Part shown: in pieces, positions 49,531 through 51,406 of the stretch
How positions within the stretch are numbered: the stretch's first letter is position 1
How the letters are laid out: the number at the start of each line of letters is the position of its first letter
DNA from: a virus
Reading direction: 5' to 3' (one strand)
IMG/VR virus record: IMGVR_UViG_3300012204_000001
Length of the DNA: 51,406 nt
Made by a program: the position numbers and the translations under genes
The notes under the pieces: model-generated
Told to the model about the DNA's origin: nothing
The model's input: the letters and a program-made list of their open reading frames with translations, nothing else
Databases searched by the model: none

Positions 49531-51323
49531 CTACCGGCATCGGCACCAAGCGCGTACCAAACGAGGGTCCACTGGATGCTCGAATCTATTGCGTTGGTGA
49601 GGGACCGGGTGCAGATGAGGTTATTGAAGGACGGCCGTTTATTGGTGCGTCTGGCAGTAAGCTTAGAGCTGTCCTTGGAAACAACGGAGTTAGTGAAGAT
49701 TCCGTTCGATTCTGCAATCTGGTCCAACATCGTCCGCCGAACAACGTCTTCGCAGCGGTCCTCCGTAGTAGTGAGCTGGCAGCCGGAGTCGAGGAGCTTG
49801 CTAGTGACATTAGAAAGTTTCGTCCTAATGTCGTCGCCGCGCTTGGAGCTTGGCCCCTTTATTTCCTCACTGGTAAGCGGGGAAAGAAAGCTGCTGGAAC
49901 AGGAATTGGAAAGTGGAGAGGATCTATTCTCCCATGTACTCTCCCAGGATGCGAAGGAGTAAAGGTAATTGCCTCCTATCACCCTGCTTTTATCATCAGG
50001 CAGCCAACAGCGTATCCTATATTCGACACCGACATTAAGCGTATTGTTTCTGATTCAAGCTTTGCCGAACTCCGGCTTCCTGTTCGCAACGTCATTATCG
50101 ATCCTAGAGGTGAAGAACTCGAGTCTTGGGTTCAACGGCTTTGCGAAGCTGAGTATCTTGCCTGTGATATTGAGACTATTAAGAAGTCGGCCCGCATCCT
50201 CTGTCACGGCTTCAGCCCTGATCCTCTTACGTCTGTTGTCTTTCCGCACTCACCAGGAGACTTTTCTCGCTTCAGTGCCGTTGACGCGATATATCGCAGC
50301 AGAGCACAGAAAATCTTCCATAATGGAGGGACTTTCGACATACCCATCCTAGAAGCAAACGACTTCGTTATAGAGAACTTCTTCTGGGATACGATGGCTT
50401 GTCAACATGTGATGTGGGCGGAGTTGCCTAAGAGTCTGGAATATCTCTGCTCCGTCTACACTAGACAACCTTACTATAAGACGGCCGGTCGAGCTGAGAT
50501 TCCAGAGGACGCGAAGGGATGGAGTGAGAAGTTCGAGAAGAAAGAACTCTACATCTACAACGGCACCGATACTGGTGTGACGTACGAAGTGTTCGAGAAT
50601 CAAGTGAGGGAGATGGCAGAAGGTCCAAAGGACTGGATGAAAGTGTTCAGGTTCGAAATGTCACAATATGCTCCAGCCGCACGAATCAGCAACGCAGGAA
50701 TGCTCATAGACCTGGAGCGTCGCGCGATGCTGAAGCGAGCACTGGAGATAAAGTGGGCAATCAATCAGTTCGTACTGGATAGATTGACTGGTTACAAGAC
50801 CAATGTCAACTCTCCAAAAGTAATAGCCAAGATACTCTATGACAAGGACAAGTTCGGACTTCCACCACGCACGAGCCACAAGACTGGAGAGGTAACGACA
50901 GATGAAGATGCTATCGTATCCCTCATCGCCTTTACCAAAGACAGACTTTCTAAGCTCAAGCCAGGTGGAAACGCCGTCGAGTTCTGGAGAGTCAGGTACG
51001 AAGCTCTCAAGACAATCCTTGTCATCCGCGGAGTTAGAAAGTTGTTGTCTTCTTACATCAATGTTCCAATCAGTTCAGATGGGAGACTCCGCGCTACATA
51101 TAAGCCTGTTGGTCCTGAGACGGGACGGTGGGCTTGCGCCATGTACTTTGATGGTACAGGAGCTAATGCGCAGACGTTTCCTCGGGAGGTGTTTGAACTT
51201 AAGAATTACGAGGATAATGAACTCATGAAGTCTGTTCTACCATACATTCTCGAATGCGAAAAGGAGGATCTCGAATTGGAGGTAGATGAAGAGAAGGAGA
51301 CAGAAGAAGCGGTAGCAGTATAA
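49527..51323 (+). CDS. UDG (family 4-like) - 3'-5' exonuclease - family A DNA polymerase N-terminal part
   Basis: UDG motifs GEGPGADEV, GRPFIGASGSKL, SYHPAFI. Exonuclease motifs ACDIETIK, HNGGTFDIPIL, YNGTDTGVTY. Polymerase thumb region LLSSYI...DGRLRATY...ETGRWAC and NAQTFP (cf NLQNIP). The ORF ends in an acidic tail before motif A. Confidence 0.85.
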   Translation: MTTGIGTKRVPNEGPLDARIYCVGEGPGADEVIEGRPFIGASGSKLRAVLGNNGVSEDSVRFCNLVQHRPPNNVFAAVLRSSELAAGVEELASDIRKFRPNVVAALGAWPLYFLTGKRGKKAAGTGIGKWRGSILPCTLPGCEGVKVIASYHPAFIIRQPTAYPIFDTDIKRIVSDSSFAELRLPVRNVIIDPRGEELESWVQRLCEAEYLACDIETIKKSARILCHGFSPDPLTSVVFPHSPGDFSRFSAVDAIYRSRAQKIFHNGGTFDIPILEANDFVIENFFWDTMACQHVMWAELPKSLEYLCSVYTRQPYYKTAGRAEIPEDAKGWSEKFEKKELYIYNGTDTGVTYEVFENQVREMAEGPKDWMKVFRFEMSQYAPAARISNAGMLIDLERRAMLKRALEIKWAINQFVLDRLTGYKTNVNSPKVIAKILYDKDKFGLPPRTSHKTGEVTTDEDAIVSLIAFTKDRLSKLKPGGNAVEFWRVRYEALKTILVIRGVRKLLSSYINVPISSDGRLRATYKPVGPETGRWACAMYFDGTGANAQTFPREVFELKNYEDNELMKSVLPYILECEKEDLELEVDEEKETEEAVAV

Positions 51324-51406
51324 CCTCGACAAAAAAGAGGTGCAAAATGTCTCGTAAAATCTGGCTGTGGGCCTTGATTGGCTTGCTGCTAACCAGCACA
51401 ATGATG
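51284..51406. repeat. terminal direct repeat, right copy
   Basis: Identical to nt 1-123. Confidence 0.9.

Overview
The window is a complete tailed dsDNA phage genome. The first 123 nt are repeated at the end, which gives a closed unit of 51,283 bp. There are two gene arms. The minus-strand late arm (31214 down to 3113) encodes small and large terminase, portal, scaffold-like protein, major capsid protein, two DUF2190-like proteins, an adaptor and several tail or fibre-like proteins. It also holds an embedded lysis cassette (M15 peptidase endolysin plus membrane proteins), a GNAT acetyltransferase and three large terminal proteins. By order and size these last three resemble T7 gp14-gp16 internal core proteins. 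The plus-strand early/replication arm runs from 31842 through the circle junction to 3144. It encodes an SNF2 helicase, a Cas4/RecB-like nuclease, an AAA_24 (Sak4-like) ATPase, an HNH endonuclease, a GroES-like protein, a ParB-DNA methyltransferase fusion, a TSCPD protein, a DUF4406 protein, a DUF3987-like P-loop protein and a UDG-exonuclease-family A DNA polymerase split into two genes. Many genes are linked by ATGA, GTGA or TGATG overlaps, and about ten ORFs shorter than the 60-aa track cutoff were found by hand. No integrase, repressor, RNA polymerase, reverse transcriptase or CRISPR array was seen. The most unusual region is the divergent junction and its surroundings (31233-32700 and 35300-35530). 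It holds three tRNA-shaped RNAs with canonical T-arms but non-canonical bodies, two of which share a split 18-nt motif. It also holds a GC-rich ORF-poor segment of about 460 nt with phased CCGAA repeats, a composite dyad structure of about 200 bp, a recurrent 13-bp dyad operator-like motif, and five near-identical sigma70-type promoters. All functional calls rest on motif recognition by eye and on gene order. No searches were run. Hand-counted coordinates may be off by 1-2 nt.
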